Assembly (NCBI GenBank): GCA_965198115.1
Contig: OZ240241.1
Span: 256,001 to 320,000, forward strand
Length of the DNA stretch: 64,000 nt
From: Candidatus Latescibacterota bacterium
GTDB taxonomy: Bacteria; Latescibacterota; UBA2968
Direction: 5' to 3'
Shown: positions 1-9,883 of the stretch, one piece after another
Layout: the number at the start of each line of letters is the position of its first letter
How positions within the stretch are numbered: position 1 is the first letter of the stretch
Translations under genes and position numbers: made by a program
Notes under the pieces: generated by a model
The model's database searches: none
What the model saw: only the letters and a program-made list of their open reading frames with translations
What the model was told of the DNA's origin: nothing

Positions 1-87
1 GAGCATGTGCTTCTGTCCCTTTGTGGCGCGTAACGCAAACTGAACCAGCACACCGAGCCACGTTGGCGTCAACCACGCCCGGCATCG

Positions 88-999
88 CTACGAAGCGCGA
101 AGGTCCGCGTCCCAACGATAGAGGTAGACCGGGTTTCCCTGCTGAGCCAGCCCCCAGTTGATGCCCTTCCCGGCTTCGATATCGTCGAAAGCGTCCGGAC
201 AGTAGACACCGGCGTCGAGAATGTGGCCGACCTCGGCGCCGAGCTGGAAGTCGAGTCCGTCTTCGCTGTAGGCCAGGCAGTTCCGATCCACGACCCCTGC
301 TACGCCTTCCCGGTGCGGCCAGACGCAGCCGGTGTGCCAGTCCGCGTGACAGACCGGCGTGGTCTGCGCCTTCTCGAACGGTCCCGTAATTTTCCCCGCC
401 GTTGCCACGCCCAGCCAGCACTGACTCGTGTCCGAGCACCGTCCCTTGTAGTAGAGCCAGTAGTTTCCGTCCCGACGGATGATGCACGGATCGTCCATCA
501 GGATGTGATCGAACCTTTCCGCCTCCAAAGACGGGCTGAGGACCGGTTCATCGGTGACGTATTCGAACGGTCCCTCGGGTCGATCAGCCGTCGCGAGTCC
601 GATGTGTTTCTCCGGCGGGATGAGGAAGACGTCTCTTCCGTGAAGATCGGTTTGGGCACTGAAAAAGAGATAATACCGGCCGTCATCACCCGGTACCATG
701 TGCGGCGCGTGTTTGCCCCGCTCGTGCCACGCCCCGTGGGGGCTCGGCGTCAACACGTTCCCGTGCTCGGTCCAGTGGTGTCCGTCCTCCGACGTCGCCA
801 TCCAGATTTCGAGGACGTTCGGCGCGTGTACGTCATCGCGATGCAGCCCTGCCTGCACGTGGGAGTACCACACGTGATACCGGTCGCCGATCTTCAGGAT
901 GTTGCTCGGATCCCAGCGCACGACACCGTCACCCTCACCCAACCCGTGAGCCGGACTCCTGTCGATTTTTACCGCTTTAAGCTCGGTGGGAATCAGCAT
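88..999 (-). CDS. Five-bladed beta-propeller glycoside hydrolase (GH43/GH117-like)
   Basis: WDPSNILKIGDRYHVWYS, ATSEDGHHWTEHG, HAPHMV, DDPCII..WLYYKG motifs typical of GH43/GH117-type propellers. Confidence 0.75.
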   Translation of the reverse strand: MLIPTELKAVKIDRSPAHGLGEGDGVVRWDPSNILKIGDRYHVWYSHVQAGLHRDDVHAPNVLEIWMATSEDGHHWTEHGNVLTPSPHGAWHERGKHAPHMVPGDDGRYYLFFSAQTDLHGRDVFLIPPEKHIGLATADRPEGPFEYVTDEPVLSPSLEAERFDHILMDDPCIIRRDGNYWLYYKGRCSDTSQCWLGVATAGKITGPFEKAQTTPVCHADWHTGCVWPHREGVAGVVDRNCLAYSEDGLDFQLGAEVGHILDAGVYCPDAFDDIEAGKGINWGLAQQGNPVYLYRWDADLRAS

Positions 1000-1134
1000 T
1001 TCTTCCCTCAGTTCCTTTCAGCTCGCGTGATGGTTCCTCTTTGTAAGGTCACGGCATGCCATGACCCTACCCTCGTATCTGAGAGGTAGTCGCCGCCCCT
1101 TTCAGCGCACGCGATTTCGTCGACGGGGGTCGCA

Positions 1135-1941
1135 TCAGTCGCTGAGACACACCCGTTCCCGTTTGGCGATTTCCTTGGTGTGGGTGTAGTGCTCGGATTC
1201 GAGCAATTCCTGCGTTTCGGGCGCGAGCCGCTCTTTGACCGCCTCCGGAATGGGGCCGGCCTGGCGGTGGTGTGGTCGGTAGCGCAGAGTCAATACGCGC
1301 CGTTGGCGGTCGGCGGGTTTCCACGGCAGTACCCCGTGGGTCACGCATTCGGGCATGACCACCACATCCCCGGCCGCGGGCGTGATGTTGAGGACCCCCG
1401 GCGGTACCTCTCCTTCGATGAGACCCTGGGAAAACAGCTGACGTGGCCGGTCGAACTGGCTTTTATGCGAGCCTGGCAGTACGAGTATCCCGCCATCACC
1501 GGGATGTACATCGTCCAGGTAAGGGAACACCACGAAATCGTCGCAATAGATACGGTCGTGTCGTACCTCGTAGCGGGCGCTCTCGAAACCGTAGTCGTCG
1601 CGGGCGCAGTGCAGCTGGACCGCTTTGGTGTGTCCCTGGGGATCGTCGAGCATCATCGTACCGCTGACGAGCATCGGTTTGCCGTTGGTCAGTTCCAGCA
1701 CAATGGGCCAGACCGCGGGCAGAAAGACCAGCTTTTCCAACGCCCGGTCGAAGGCGAAGCCGTGAGAGAAGCCTTTCTCCTCTTTTGATCCTTCGAAATG
1801 CTGCGGCCGGTCTTTCGGCGCGCTGTCGATGTAGCGGTTGGCGGCCTCCGAAGCCGCTTCCAGCTCCTCGGGGGTGAGGACGTTCTTCAGGTGCAGAAAA
1901 CCGAATAAATCGAAAAGATAGCGCTGTTCATCAGTCATCAT
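1135..1941 (-). CDS. PhyH-family Fe(II)/2OG oxygenase, atypical HxA metal motif
   Basis: MTDEQRYLFDLFGFLHLKNVL N-terminus, LPGSHK, AGDVV..THG, RRVL; proximal motif is LHCAR instead of HxD. Confidence 0.85.
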   Translation of the reverse strand: MMTDEQRYLFDLFGFLHLKNVLTPEELEAASEAANRYIDSAPKDRPQHFEGSKEEKGFSHGFAFDRALEKLVFLPAVWPIVLELTNGKPMLVSGTMMLDDPQGHTKAVQLHCARDDYGFESARYEVRHDRIYCDDFVVFPYLDDVHPGDGGILVLPGSHKSQFDRPRQLFSQGLIEGEVPPGVLNITPAAGDVVVMPECVTHGVLPWKPADRQRRVLTLRYRPHHRQAGPIPEAVKERLAPETQELLESEHYTHTKEIAKRERVCLSD

Positions 1942-2189
1942 CGCGATTGGACTCCGTGAAACGCCGGCCTGCTGCGTGGCGGTGCCTCCGAGACTCCGGC
2001 TTGAGAGGTCTTCAAGGGGGAGGGATAGTAGCAAGCGTGTGGGAAGGAGGCAAGCCGGTTCAACCTGTCACCGCTGGCGGTGGTCTGACCTGCGACGAAC
2101 AGGTCACGCTCGCTGTGCCTCACGGTGTCCCGCCAGGTTTTGACTGAATGAGGTTCGGTCCATAGGTTTTCCCGGTTAGCTACCGCCGG

Positions 2190-3014
2190 GTGGTTCCTGT
2201 CCACCATCCCGTGCCCGAGCAGAATCTGCCCCAAACGACGGGACCTGGTTTGACTCATACCCTTGAAGCGCACTCTGAATTCGCAGCCAACGGTTACATC
2301 GTCATCCCGAATGCGCTGACCGCGGAGGAGCTCGTCACGATGAACGACGTGGTGGACCGCGACCGAGCGCACTTTCCTCGTCTGTGGCAGAATCGGGGTG
2401 GCGGCTGTTTCCATTCGGTCAGCATCCTCCTCGACGAACCCGTGTTCGACCGATCCATCCTGAACCCGGCGACGCTACCCGTCGTTCGGGCGCTGATGGG
2501 TGAGGACCTCTGCTTCGAAGAACATTCCGTGCGGATCCGGGAACCCATCCCCGGATCGGCTCCGGATCCGCACTGGCACCGCGACATTCAGCACGGAACG
2601 GGTCTCCCGCTTTATCTGCGAAACCTGTCGCTCATCTACTATCTCACCGACGTCGACGAGACAACCCACTGTTTCAGCATCGTACCCGAGTCGATCGCGG
2701 AGAAGAAGTCGGCTCCCGAACACCGCGATGGAACGAACGCTGTAGACATCCACGGTCCGGCCGGTACAGCCATTCTGTTCAACGCCGCCAACGTCCACGA
2801 CGCGCGGCAACGTACCACCGAGCGTGAGCGACGTACGATCCACATCTACTACGGCCATCGAGCGCTGCCACCGCTCAGCGTCCACACCATCTTCCCCGAT
2901 CGGTTGGTCAACCATCCCGATCCCGACACCAGTGCCCTCTTCGAGCGTCCCAATGAAATCACCGAGCGGGTGCGACGCGGAGTGGCCAGCGGACAGACGG
3001 ACAGTGTTCGGTGA
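2190..3014 (+). CDS. PhyH-family dioxygenase
   Basis: NGYIVIPNAL, WHRD, YYLTDV, GPAGTAILFN..VH..ERR; start uncertain (could be downstream). Confidence 0.85.
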   Translation: MVPVHHPVPEQNLPQTTGPGLTHTLEAHSEFAANGYIVIPNALTAEELVTMNDVVDRDRAHFPRLWQNRGGGCFHSVSILLDEPVFDRSILNPATLPVVRALMGEDLCFEEHSVRIREPIPGSAPDPHWHRDIQHGTGLPLYLRNLSLIYYLTDVDETTHCFSIVPESIAEKKSAPEHRDGTNAVDIHGPAGTAILFNAANVHDARQRTTERERRTIHIYYGHRALPPLSVHTIFPDRLVNHPDPDTSALFERPNEITERVRRGVASGQTDSVR

Positions 3015-3017
3015 CCA

Positions 3018-3045
3018 TTGACAGATGACAAGTGACAAAGACAGA
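3018..3045. repeat. Degenerate 7-bp tandem repeat (TGACAGA/TGACAAG/TGACAAA)
   Basis: TTGACAGATGACAAGTGACAAAGACAGA just after the stop of the upstream gene. Confidence 0.5.
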
Positions 3046-3272
3046 GCAGAGATCAGGCGGGAAGGAAGGGCTCGGCCGCGGTCGAGATTGCTGATGTGGG
3101 GACATCTAAGGTACAGACCGGAGCGCTCTGCCAGATTCGCAAGTAGACTCCCACCTCGTTGACGATCCGGAAGATACGTCGGCGAGATCACTCATCCGAA
3201 ACGCCATGCCGATTGGCCGGATGCTGGTCGTGCCCAACAAGGCAGAACAGAAGACCTGTTGGAGTAGATCGA

Positions 3273-4532
3273 TTGACAATCCATCATCAGAACTGGTCGG
3301 GCCACACACCCTTCAACGCCGTCCGCTTTCACGAGCCGGCAACCGTTGCCGATCTGCGGGAAACGGTCCGAAATGCTGACCGGGTTCGGGTCATCGGGTC
3401 GCGTCACTGCTTCAACGACATTGCCGATACGACCGGCGACCTGATCTCATTGAACCGTCTCGACGACGACCTGGTCATTGACCGCGAGCGCATGACGGCT
3501 ACGGTCAATGCCGGCATCACCTATCGCGAACTCTGCCCTCGACTACACGCGGCCGGCTATGGGCTGCATAACATGGCTTCACTCGACCACATTACGGTCA
3601 TCGGGGCCTGCATGAGCGCGACCCACGGCTCGGGCGACGCACTCGGTAATCTGGCGACGGCGGTTTCCGGACTGGAAATGGTTACCGCTAATGGCGATCT
3701 GATCACCTTCAGGCGCGACAAAGATGGAGATCGATTCTTTGGCGCGGTCGTCGCGCTCGGTACGCTCGGCATCGTCACTCGAATCACGCTCGACCTGGTA
3801 CCGTCGTTCGCGGTTCAACAGCACATATACCAGAAATTGCCACTGACGCAGCTCTACGAGTCCTTTGACGCGATCATGGGTTCGGGCTACAGCGTCAGTC
3901 TCTTTCCCACCTGGCAGGAAGACGACATTGAATCGCTATGGATCAAGCAACAGGTTCCTGAGGGCGTTGGTGAGCGATCGGCAGAACCTTCGTTCTACAA
4001 CGCGGCTTTGGTGGACGGCCACTTCTGGAATGACCCGCCAGACCGCACCTGGACGCCGGTGGGAACGGTGGGGCCCTGGCACGAGCGCTTACCTCACTTC
4101 ACCTTCAAGGACGCACAGCAGGAAGGGAACGAGCTGCAGAGTGAGTATTTCGTGGCGCGTGGCAACGCAGTTGCTGCGCTGAAAGTCGTCGCCGGCCTTC
4201 GCGATCAATTGGCCCCCATCCTGGGTATTTCGGAGATTCGCAGTGTCGCCGCGGACAAGCTCTGGCTGAGTACCGCGTATGGGCACGACGTGGTCGCCAT
4301 CCACTTCAACTGGCACAAAGACTGGCCCGGCGTGAAGGATTTCCTTCCTGTTCTGGAGGAACAACTCGCCCCCTTCGAGCCGCGACCCCATTGGGGCAAG
4401 CTTTTCGAAATGGCGCCTGCCCGAGTACAGGCCCGCTATCCACAGTTGGCCGAATTCCGTGCCCTGGCGTTCGACCTCGATCCCGATGGGAAGTTCCGCA
4501 ATTCGTATGTCGACAGATACATCTTCGGCTAG
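3273..4532 (+). CDS. FAD-linked alditol/xylitol oxidase-like (D-arabinono-1,4-lactone oxidase family)
   Basis: NWSG, IGSRHCFNDIAD, LHNMASL, ATHGSG, ELQSEYFV, RPHWGKLF, DPDGKFRN; TTG start with GGAG at 3261. Confidence 0.9.
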   Translation: MTIHHQNWSGHTPFNAVRFHEPATVADLRETVRNADRVRVIGSRHCFNDIADTTGDLISLNRLDDDLVIDRERMTATVNAGITYRELCPRLHAAGYGLHNMASLDHITVIGACMSATHGSGDALGNLATAVSGLEMVTANGDLITFRRDKDGDRFFGAVVALGTLGIVTRITLDLVPSFAVQQHIYQKLPLTQLYESFDAIMGSGYSVSLFPTWQEDDIESLWIKQQVPEGVGERSAEPSFYNAALVDGHFWNDPPDRTWTPVGTVGPWHERLPHFTFKDAQQEGNELQSEYFVARGNAVAALKVVAGLRDQLAPILGISEIRSVAADKLWLSTAYGHDVVAIHFNWHKDWPGVKDFLPVLEEQLAPFEPRPHWGKLFEMAPARVQARYPQLAEFRALAFDLDPDGKFRNSYVDRYIFG

Positions 4533-4641
4533 GCCCTGCTAAGAAGTCGCATTCCCTGTCGGATCGTGAAACCATGCCGCAAGACCGTGTGGGTCGGTCG
4601 GCGTGGATCAGCGCGGCTGCGGAAGGGCGTTCGCCGGCTCT

Positions 4642-5733
4642 TCAGGGCTGCGGCCCGACGCGCACGTGACTGTTGTCGGCCGGCCGCTCTTTAAGCTGTG
4701 AAGCGGCGGAAACGTACCACTTGGCGTCGGCGATCTCATCGACCTGGCCATCGGCGCGGTGGCGGACCAGCGCCTGTACCGACGGCGGCAGCTGCTCGAA
4801 GGTCTCCTGCGGCACCCGCGCACCGTTGGCCCCCGCGAATCCCCTTTGCCCTCGCGAGAATTCGAGGTTGAGCCACCAGGGCGCGTAGATCACGACCAAC
4901 CCGATGCGCGGGATGGGTCCGGGGTTTGCGGCTACGGAGTGCCAGCAGCGCGTGTCCTGAACGTAGACGGAGCCGGCGGGCGCGGTGATCTGGACCTCGC
5001 CGGGGATGGGCGCTTGCTGGTTAACGGGGTCGAGTACGCCCCGCGGGTTTCGAGGGTCGCGGTGCGAGTAGGGCACGGCCCACGTACCCCCCGATTGCGG
5101 CGAGGCGTCGTCCAGATACCACACGGTAGACAACGCCATTGTCACGTCGGGGAAGGGCTGGGCGATCGCGCCCGAGTGCGGGCCCGCCGTGAGGTCGTGG
5201 GGCCAGTCGGAGTGCCATTCTCGATAATCCGGTCGGTCATCGTTCGGCGGGCGGACGGTTCCGCCGACCGCCTCACACTGTGCGATGCGCACGTGTGGGT
5301 CGAGGAGACCGCGCGCTACGCCGACCATGCGCTCGTCGCCGAAATAGGGGGCGAGCGAAAGCAGGTGAACCATCTGCGAGATGCCGGGTGGGGTGCGGGG
5401 GGTCGCTTGCTCCCTCCAGTCTGGCGCGTCCAGCGCGTCCCATTCCGCTCTGATGATGTCCGCCGCCTTCACCACGTCTTCGCGGATCGCGGCCACCCGG
5501 TCGGGTGGGATCACGTTCTCGATCACCGTGAACCCCTGCTCCTTCACCCGCCCGACGTGCTCCTCGATCTCTTCGCTTACTTCGGCGGCAGGAGCCGGCG
5601 CGCCGGTCGGCAGAAGCTCACCCCCATCATCGCCGTCCCGCTCGTCAGCCATGCTCTGCAGGCGTTTGATGTAGGCGGGCGAAAGGGTATCTCCGGCCCT
5701 GTCGATGAGCCCGCCTGGTCCTTCGAGTGTCAT
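4642..5733 (-). CDS. PhyH-family dioxygenase
   Basis: QGFTVIENVI, WHSDWPHD, VWYLDD..SGGTW.VPYSH, DTRCWH; ATG 5733 preceded by GGAGG. Confidence 0.85.
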   Translation of the reverse strand: MTLEGPGGLIDRAGDTLSPAYIKRLQSMADERDGDDGGELLPTGAPAPAAEVSEEIEEHVGRVKEQGFTVIENVIPPDRVAAIREDVVKAADIIRAEWDALDAPDWREQATPRTPPGISQMVHLLSLAPYFGDERMVGVARGLLDPHVRIAQCEAVGGTVRPPNDDRPDYREWHSDWPHDLTAGPHSGAIAQPFPDVTMALSTVWYLDDASPQSGGTWAVPYSHRDPRNPRGVLDPVNQQAPIPGEVQITAPAGSVYVQDTRCWHSVAANPGPIPRIGLVVIYAPWWLNLEFSRGQRGFAGANGARVPQETFEQLPPSVQALVRHRADGQVDEIADAKWYVSAASQLKERPADNSHVRVGPQP

Positions 5734-5882
5734 GTCAACCTCCACATCGTTGTGACGGCGCGGGGCTAGAGCCCAGCGCTACGATTACCAAGCCCGCTTC
5801 CACCTTCGCGGCTGTGCCGCTTCGGCGGACACAGATAGCGGGCTCATCCAACAGCATCTATGACTGAACAAAGGAACCGTCT

Positions 5883-5914
5883 GTCATCCCGGCATGCTGC
5901 TGAGCCGGGATCCA
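5883..5914. repeat. REP-like palindrome GTCATCCCGG..CCGGGATCCA (copy 1)
   Basis: GTCATCCCGGCATGCTGCTGAGCCGGGATCCA hairpin; near-identical copy at 49081-49112. Confidence 0.75.
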
Positions 5915-6009
5915 TTTTCGCGCTTATGCGAGCCTGCCCCAAGCGCTCAGTTCATCCAACCCTATGAGCACGGGCCAAACCTCGGCCACGTATAGTCGTT
6001 AGTTCTAAA

Positions 6010-6771
6010 TCACCGAACTGATCGTTCGTAGACTTTCTCACGCTCGCGTCCCAGGCGTCCGGGGACGAGCCGCTGCATGGCTTCCGGCATGCGTGCGTAG
6101 GTCTCGGGCCAGATCGGCTGGTGGCCTCCCTCGATCCAGTTGTTAAACCAGCGCGGATAGTAGGCGATGTTGAGGCCCACGCGGATCTGGTTGCTCGTAT
6201 TCGGCCGGGCCTGATGGAACAGTCCGCCGTGCCACATGATGACCGAGCCGGCCCGGCCAGTGACCGGCTTGATCAGAGGGCTTTCAGGCGTGATCTCCGG
6301 TGGCGGGCGCTTGAGGCGCGACCGGTGGCTCAAGGGCACCACTCCAGTGGCCCCGTTCTCGATCGTGAAGTCGGTCAGCATCCAGATGGTGTTGATCATC
6401 CAGGGCACGTCGGGCACCTCGTTGAATTCGCCCGCCGAATCGACGTGCAGGTGCTGACCGGGGGCATCGGGCCAGGTGGGCTTGGAACACGCCTCGACCA
6501 CCCGGCAGTGAGGCCCCAGAAAGTGGCGGGCGATGGCCAGGACATCGGCGTGACCGGCGCAGGTCCAGACCCGGTCGTCCAGATTCAGCAGGCCGAACAG
6601 CGTCTGGTAGTGCTGGTCGCCGGTAATATATGACGCCCACTTGGCATTGGCGTGCAACTCCAGGCATCGCTGCCCGAGACTCTGCGCCAGGTCTTTCGGA
6701 ATACGGTCTCCCAGAAGACAGTAGCCGTAGGTCTTCAGGTGTTCGACCGCCCCTTTGATCTCATTATTCAT
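6010..6771 (-). CDS. PhyH-family dioxygenase
   Basis: YGYCLL, LHVD, IWMLTDFTIENGATGVVPLSH, AGSVIMWHGGLFH..R. Confidence 0.9.
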   Translation of the reverse strand: MNNEIKGAVEHLKTYGYCLLGDRIPKDLAQSLGQRCLELHANAKWASYITGDQHYQTLFGLLNLDDRVWTCAGHADVLAIARHFLGPHCRVVEACSKPTWPDAPGQHLHVDSAGEFNEVPDVPWMINTIWMLTDFTIENGATGVVPLSHRSRLKRPPPEITPESPLIKPVTGRAGSVIMWHGGLFHQARPNTSNQIRVGLNIAYYPRWFNNWIEGGHQPIWPETYARMPEAMQRLVPGRLGREREKVYERSVR

Positions 6772-6836
6772 GTTAATGAATGTCCACGGCAGAATGGGCG
6801 CATCGATTTTTCAGCGTCCAGGGCGTCGATACTCAT

Positions 6837-7748
6837 CTAGTCGTCAGGATGGAGCACGCTTTCCGGCGACAGCACTTCGTAGGCGAGGCGCCCGATGTTG
6901 CCGATGGCCTCCGTGCCTTGCTGGGACGCTTCGCGCGTGTCAGTGGTGGCCAGGGCGGCGATGCAAAGCGGTCCCGACGTCAGGTAGATCACGCCACAGT
7001 CGGCCTTGATGCGGCCGCGGCCGCCTTCCTTGCGAGCCACTTCGATCTCTGGCTCGAGGAACTGGCGGATGCGATCGGGATTCGTCGACTTCTTCATCAT
7101 CTCGATCATCTGGGCGCAGGCGTCGGGGCTGACGATCTCACGCTTGTGCATCATCTCCATCAGGCGGCCCAGGTCGCGGGCCGAGGCGACGTTGTTGTCG
7201 AGTGAGCTTGCGAACGGCAGGTCGCGGTCGCCATCGCCGGTAAGCTTGCCAGCCCTCATCAGTTCGTCGTTCTGGCGCGATGGCGTCACCGTGATCCCCT
7301 GCATGAGATAGTGCCAGACGCCGATCGACATGGGAAAGCGAGTTTGGTGGAAGCCGAGGTCGTCCATGGTGGCGTTGATGGCTTCGCCTCCACCGACGAG
7401 GCCGTGCAGCGTGTCCGTGGCGACGTTGTCGCTGACCGCCATCATGAGCCGGCAGTAGTCGCGAACTGTGAGCTCTGGTTCGTCCTGCGTCCAGCTGAGG
7501 ACACCGGTACCGTGAGTAGAGACATCCTTCGGGACGTGGTGGCGGGCGTCGAGGGAAAGCTGGCCGCTCCCGGCCTGGCGAAAGACCTCGATCAGGCAGG
7601 CGACCTTGATGGTGCTGGCCGTGGGCAAGGGTTCGTCGGCGTTGTACTCGTGACTGAGGCCGGTGTTGAGGTCCCTGATGTAAAACCCGACACGGCCCGG
7701 GACGGCCTGGGCCACGGCGTCCATTTCGGCAGTTGGGAAGGAGGGCAC
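6837..7748 (-). CDS. Serine hydrolase of the class A beta-lactamase fold
   Basis: TASTIK (SxxK), SDN, KEG box, DCGVI; no signal peptide. Confidence 0.85.
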   Translation of the reverse strand: MPSFPTAEMDAVAQAVPGRVGFYIRDLNTGLSHEYNADEPLPTASTIKVACLIEVFRQAGSGQLSLDARHHVPKDVSTHGTGVLSWTQDEPELTVRDYCRLMMAVSDNVATDTLHGLVGGGEAINATMDDLGFHQTRFPMSIGVWHYLMQGITVTPSRQNDELMRAGKLTGDGDRDLPFASSLDNNVASARDLGRLMEMMHKREIVSPDACAQMIEMMKKSTNPDRIRQFLEPEIEVARKEGGRGRIKADCGVIYLTSGPLCIAALATTDTREASQQGTEAIGNIGRLAYEVLSPESVLHPDD

Positions 7749-7944
7749 TCCGACTCCTCAGTGGCGGTCACTGGGGACTGAACTGTCCATCTCTCACCTA
7801 CAGATCAGCGAGCGCAAAACCGAGCTCGACGAGCCTGATGGTCGCCATTTCGTTCGGTGTGAAAGCTGCCGCAGCGGGAGGAAACCGAACGTATTGAAGT
7901 GCATGACATGGTCATAGCCGAGCATGGCTAGCCCTCCTGCGGGC

Positions 7945-8454
7945 CTATCGGTTTTCGCCGTTCCTGTCCATCACTTGCTGGACGGGTGGGGGTGGGAAAG
8001 CTCCATCCGTGTGAAGAAATTCATCCAGAAAGGTCTGCAGTCTGTTAAGTAGGTAGTGTGCCTGGGTGAGCGTGATGCTCTTCTCTTTCAGTGCCTCCCC
8101 GAAATCCTCGAGATCTATCATTCTGTAGGCGTCCAAGCCTGGCTCGACCAGGACGTCGATCTCCTTGTCTACGATTTCCCACGCGTCTTCTTCACCTGGT
8201 TTTCTCTCAGCAGTCACTAGGTGTATGACCCACTCGGCTGTGGGGATGGTCGGCCAAGGGCGGTGAGCCAGCATTGCACAGTAATCCGGCATGACATAAA
8301 AACGAATACACCTGCCATCGTTAGATCGAAAGTCGAAGATGAGTATTCCACCATCGCGGAAACCCGAATGGTCGCTTCGGTGAGACTCGTTGATGTACGT
8401 GATCTGGACTCGGGTCATTTCAGGATTTCTGGTTCCAGCCTCCCGATTGGGCAT
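7945..8454 (-). CDS. DUF402-like protein (5' end possibly frameshifted)
   Basis: IVDKEIDVLVEP...IDLEDFGEALKEKSIT pattern resembles the DUF402 D.ELDV..D.DE motif. Confidence 0.55.
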   Translation of the reverse strand: MPNREAGTRNPEMTRVQITYINESHRSDHSGFRDGGILIFDFRSNDGRCIRFYVMPDYCAMLAHRPWPTIPTAEWVIHLVTAERKPGEEDAWEIVDKEIDVLVEPGLDAYRMIDLEDFGEALKEKSITLTQAHYLLNRLQTFLDEFLHTDGAFPPPPVQQVMDRNGENR

Positions 8455-8724
8455 GACGTATATGGTGTTCAGATCCGATTTCGCACCCTGCGGGGTTGAA
8501 TGTACCGGGCTGGGGGGGCGGAAATCAAGTTAGGGGACACGACCTGTCTACTCTTTATTGAAAGGCAAGCCGTCAATCTCGATCACGACGCTCTCTCCGC
8601 ATGGAATCCTGTCGACGGGGCGCGACGCACAGCACTCTTTACACTGGGGGCTGGGTACCGCGTGATTACCCTGGTGGATTGCTCGATGGTCAAACCGATC
8701 GCGCAGTAAGTGGGGGACAAGAGG

Positions 8725-9819
8725 ATGAAGATCACGTCAGTCATTGCAACACCGGTGCGCGTACCGAGGCCTCAGGCGTTCTCAAGCAGCCTGGGCGTGT
8801 CTCTGGATACAGAGAACGCCGTCGTCGAAATACAGACCGACGAGGGGATCACGGGCCTCGGTGAGATCAGCAGTATTTGGGATCGAAAAGGACGCGGGCA
8901 GGCCGAGGACGTGAACGACTTGCTGGCTGAAGCCCTCGCCGGTCAGAGTCCGTTCGATATCAATACGATCCACGGCTTGATGGACAGCCTGCTGCACCGC
9001 TCCTATCCGGCAAAGGCGGGGATCGACATGGCCCTGTTCGACATCGTCGGCAAGGCGCTGAATGCGCCGGTCTACGATCTTCTCGGCGGCCGCGTGAGAG
9101 ATCGTGTATTGCTGAGCCATTCGCTGTCAATGGGCCCGCCCGGCCAGGTCGCTGGGCAAGCAGCCGACCTGGTGGCCAGGGGCTACAGGACGGTCAAGGC
9201 CAAGGTAGGCATGGATCAGAAGGCGGACATAGCGACCGTGGCGGCCATTCGTGAGGCGATTGGGAGTGGAGCCATCCTGCGCGTCGACGCCAACATGGGG
9301 TGGCGCAGTGCCAAGGAGGCCATCAGGAACATCCGGCAGCTCGAACCTTACGACATCGAGCTGGTTGAGCAGCCCCTGCACTTCAGCGACCTGGAAGGGC
9401 AACGCCTGATCCGGGAAAGTGTGGACACGCCGATCATGGCCGATGAGAGCGTATGGACGCCAGCCGACGCCTTGGCGTGTATCAGAGCCGGTGCTGTCGA
9501 TGTGTTCAATGTCTACGTTGCGGAGGCAGGCGGCATTGACCCGGCGTCACGGATCTTCGCGATTGCCGAAGCAGCTCGCGTCCCTTGCATCATCGGCAGT
9601 ATGCCGGAATTGGGGATCGGTACCGCCGCTCAGGCCCACCTCGCATTCGCAATGCGTAATCTTGGTTACGCCAGTGATGTGAACGGGTTCGTCTACCACT
9701 GCGACGATGTCATCAATGAAACCCTGACGATCGAGGACGGCCATCTGTTGCCTCCCCCCGGCCCGGGGCTTGGGGTCTCTCTCGACCGCGAGAAGGTAGA
9801 GAGGTACAGCATCCAGTGA
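8725..9819 (+). CDS. Mandelate racemase/muconate lactonising enzyme family protein
   Basis: TDEGITGLGE, IDMALFDIVGK, KAKVG, DANMGW, EQP, ADES, PPPGPGLGV. Confidence 0.92.
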   Translation: MKITSVIATPVRVPRPQAFSSSLGVSLDTENAVVEIQTDEGITGLGEISSIWDRKGRGQAEDVNDLLAEALAGQSPFDINTIHGLMDSLLHRSYPAKAGIDMALFDIVGKALNAPVYDLLGGRVRDRVLLSHSLSMGPPGQVAGQAADLVARGYRTVKAKVGMDQKADIATVAAIREAIGSGAILRVDANMGWRSAKEAIRNIRQLEPYDIELVEQPLHFSDLEGQRLIRESVDTPIMADESVWTPADALACIRAGAVDVFNVYVAEAGGIDPASRIFAIAEAARVPCIIGSMPELGIGTAAQAHLAFAMRNLGYASDVNGFVYHCDDVINETLTIEDGHLLPPPGPGLGVSLDREKVERYSIQ

Positions 9820-9883
9820 TCGCCGAAGGTCCAGGTTGTGCTCGTGATCCTGCCCGAAAAGGCACTCCTTGACATCCGTCGGG

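Noticed and set aside
223-5769. Long antisense ORFs (223-1089, 1180-1788, 4759-5769 and similar ones throughout)
   Set aside because: They are shadows of well-supported genes on the opposite strand in GC-rich DNA and have no recognisable motifs.
6837-7748. Functional class A beta-lactamase resistance gene
   Set aside because: No signal peptide, no recognisable omega-loop Glu166 motif, and KEG instead of KTG. It is better called a generic serine hydrolase.
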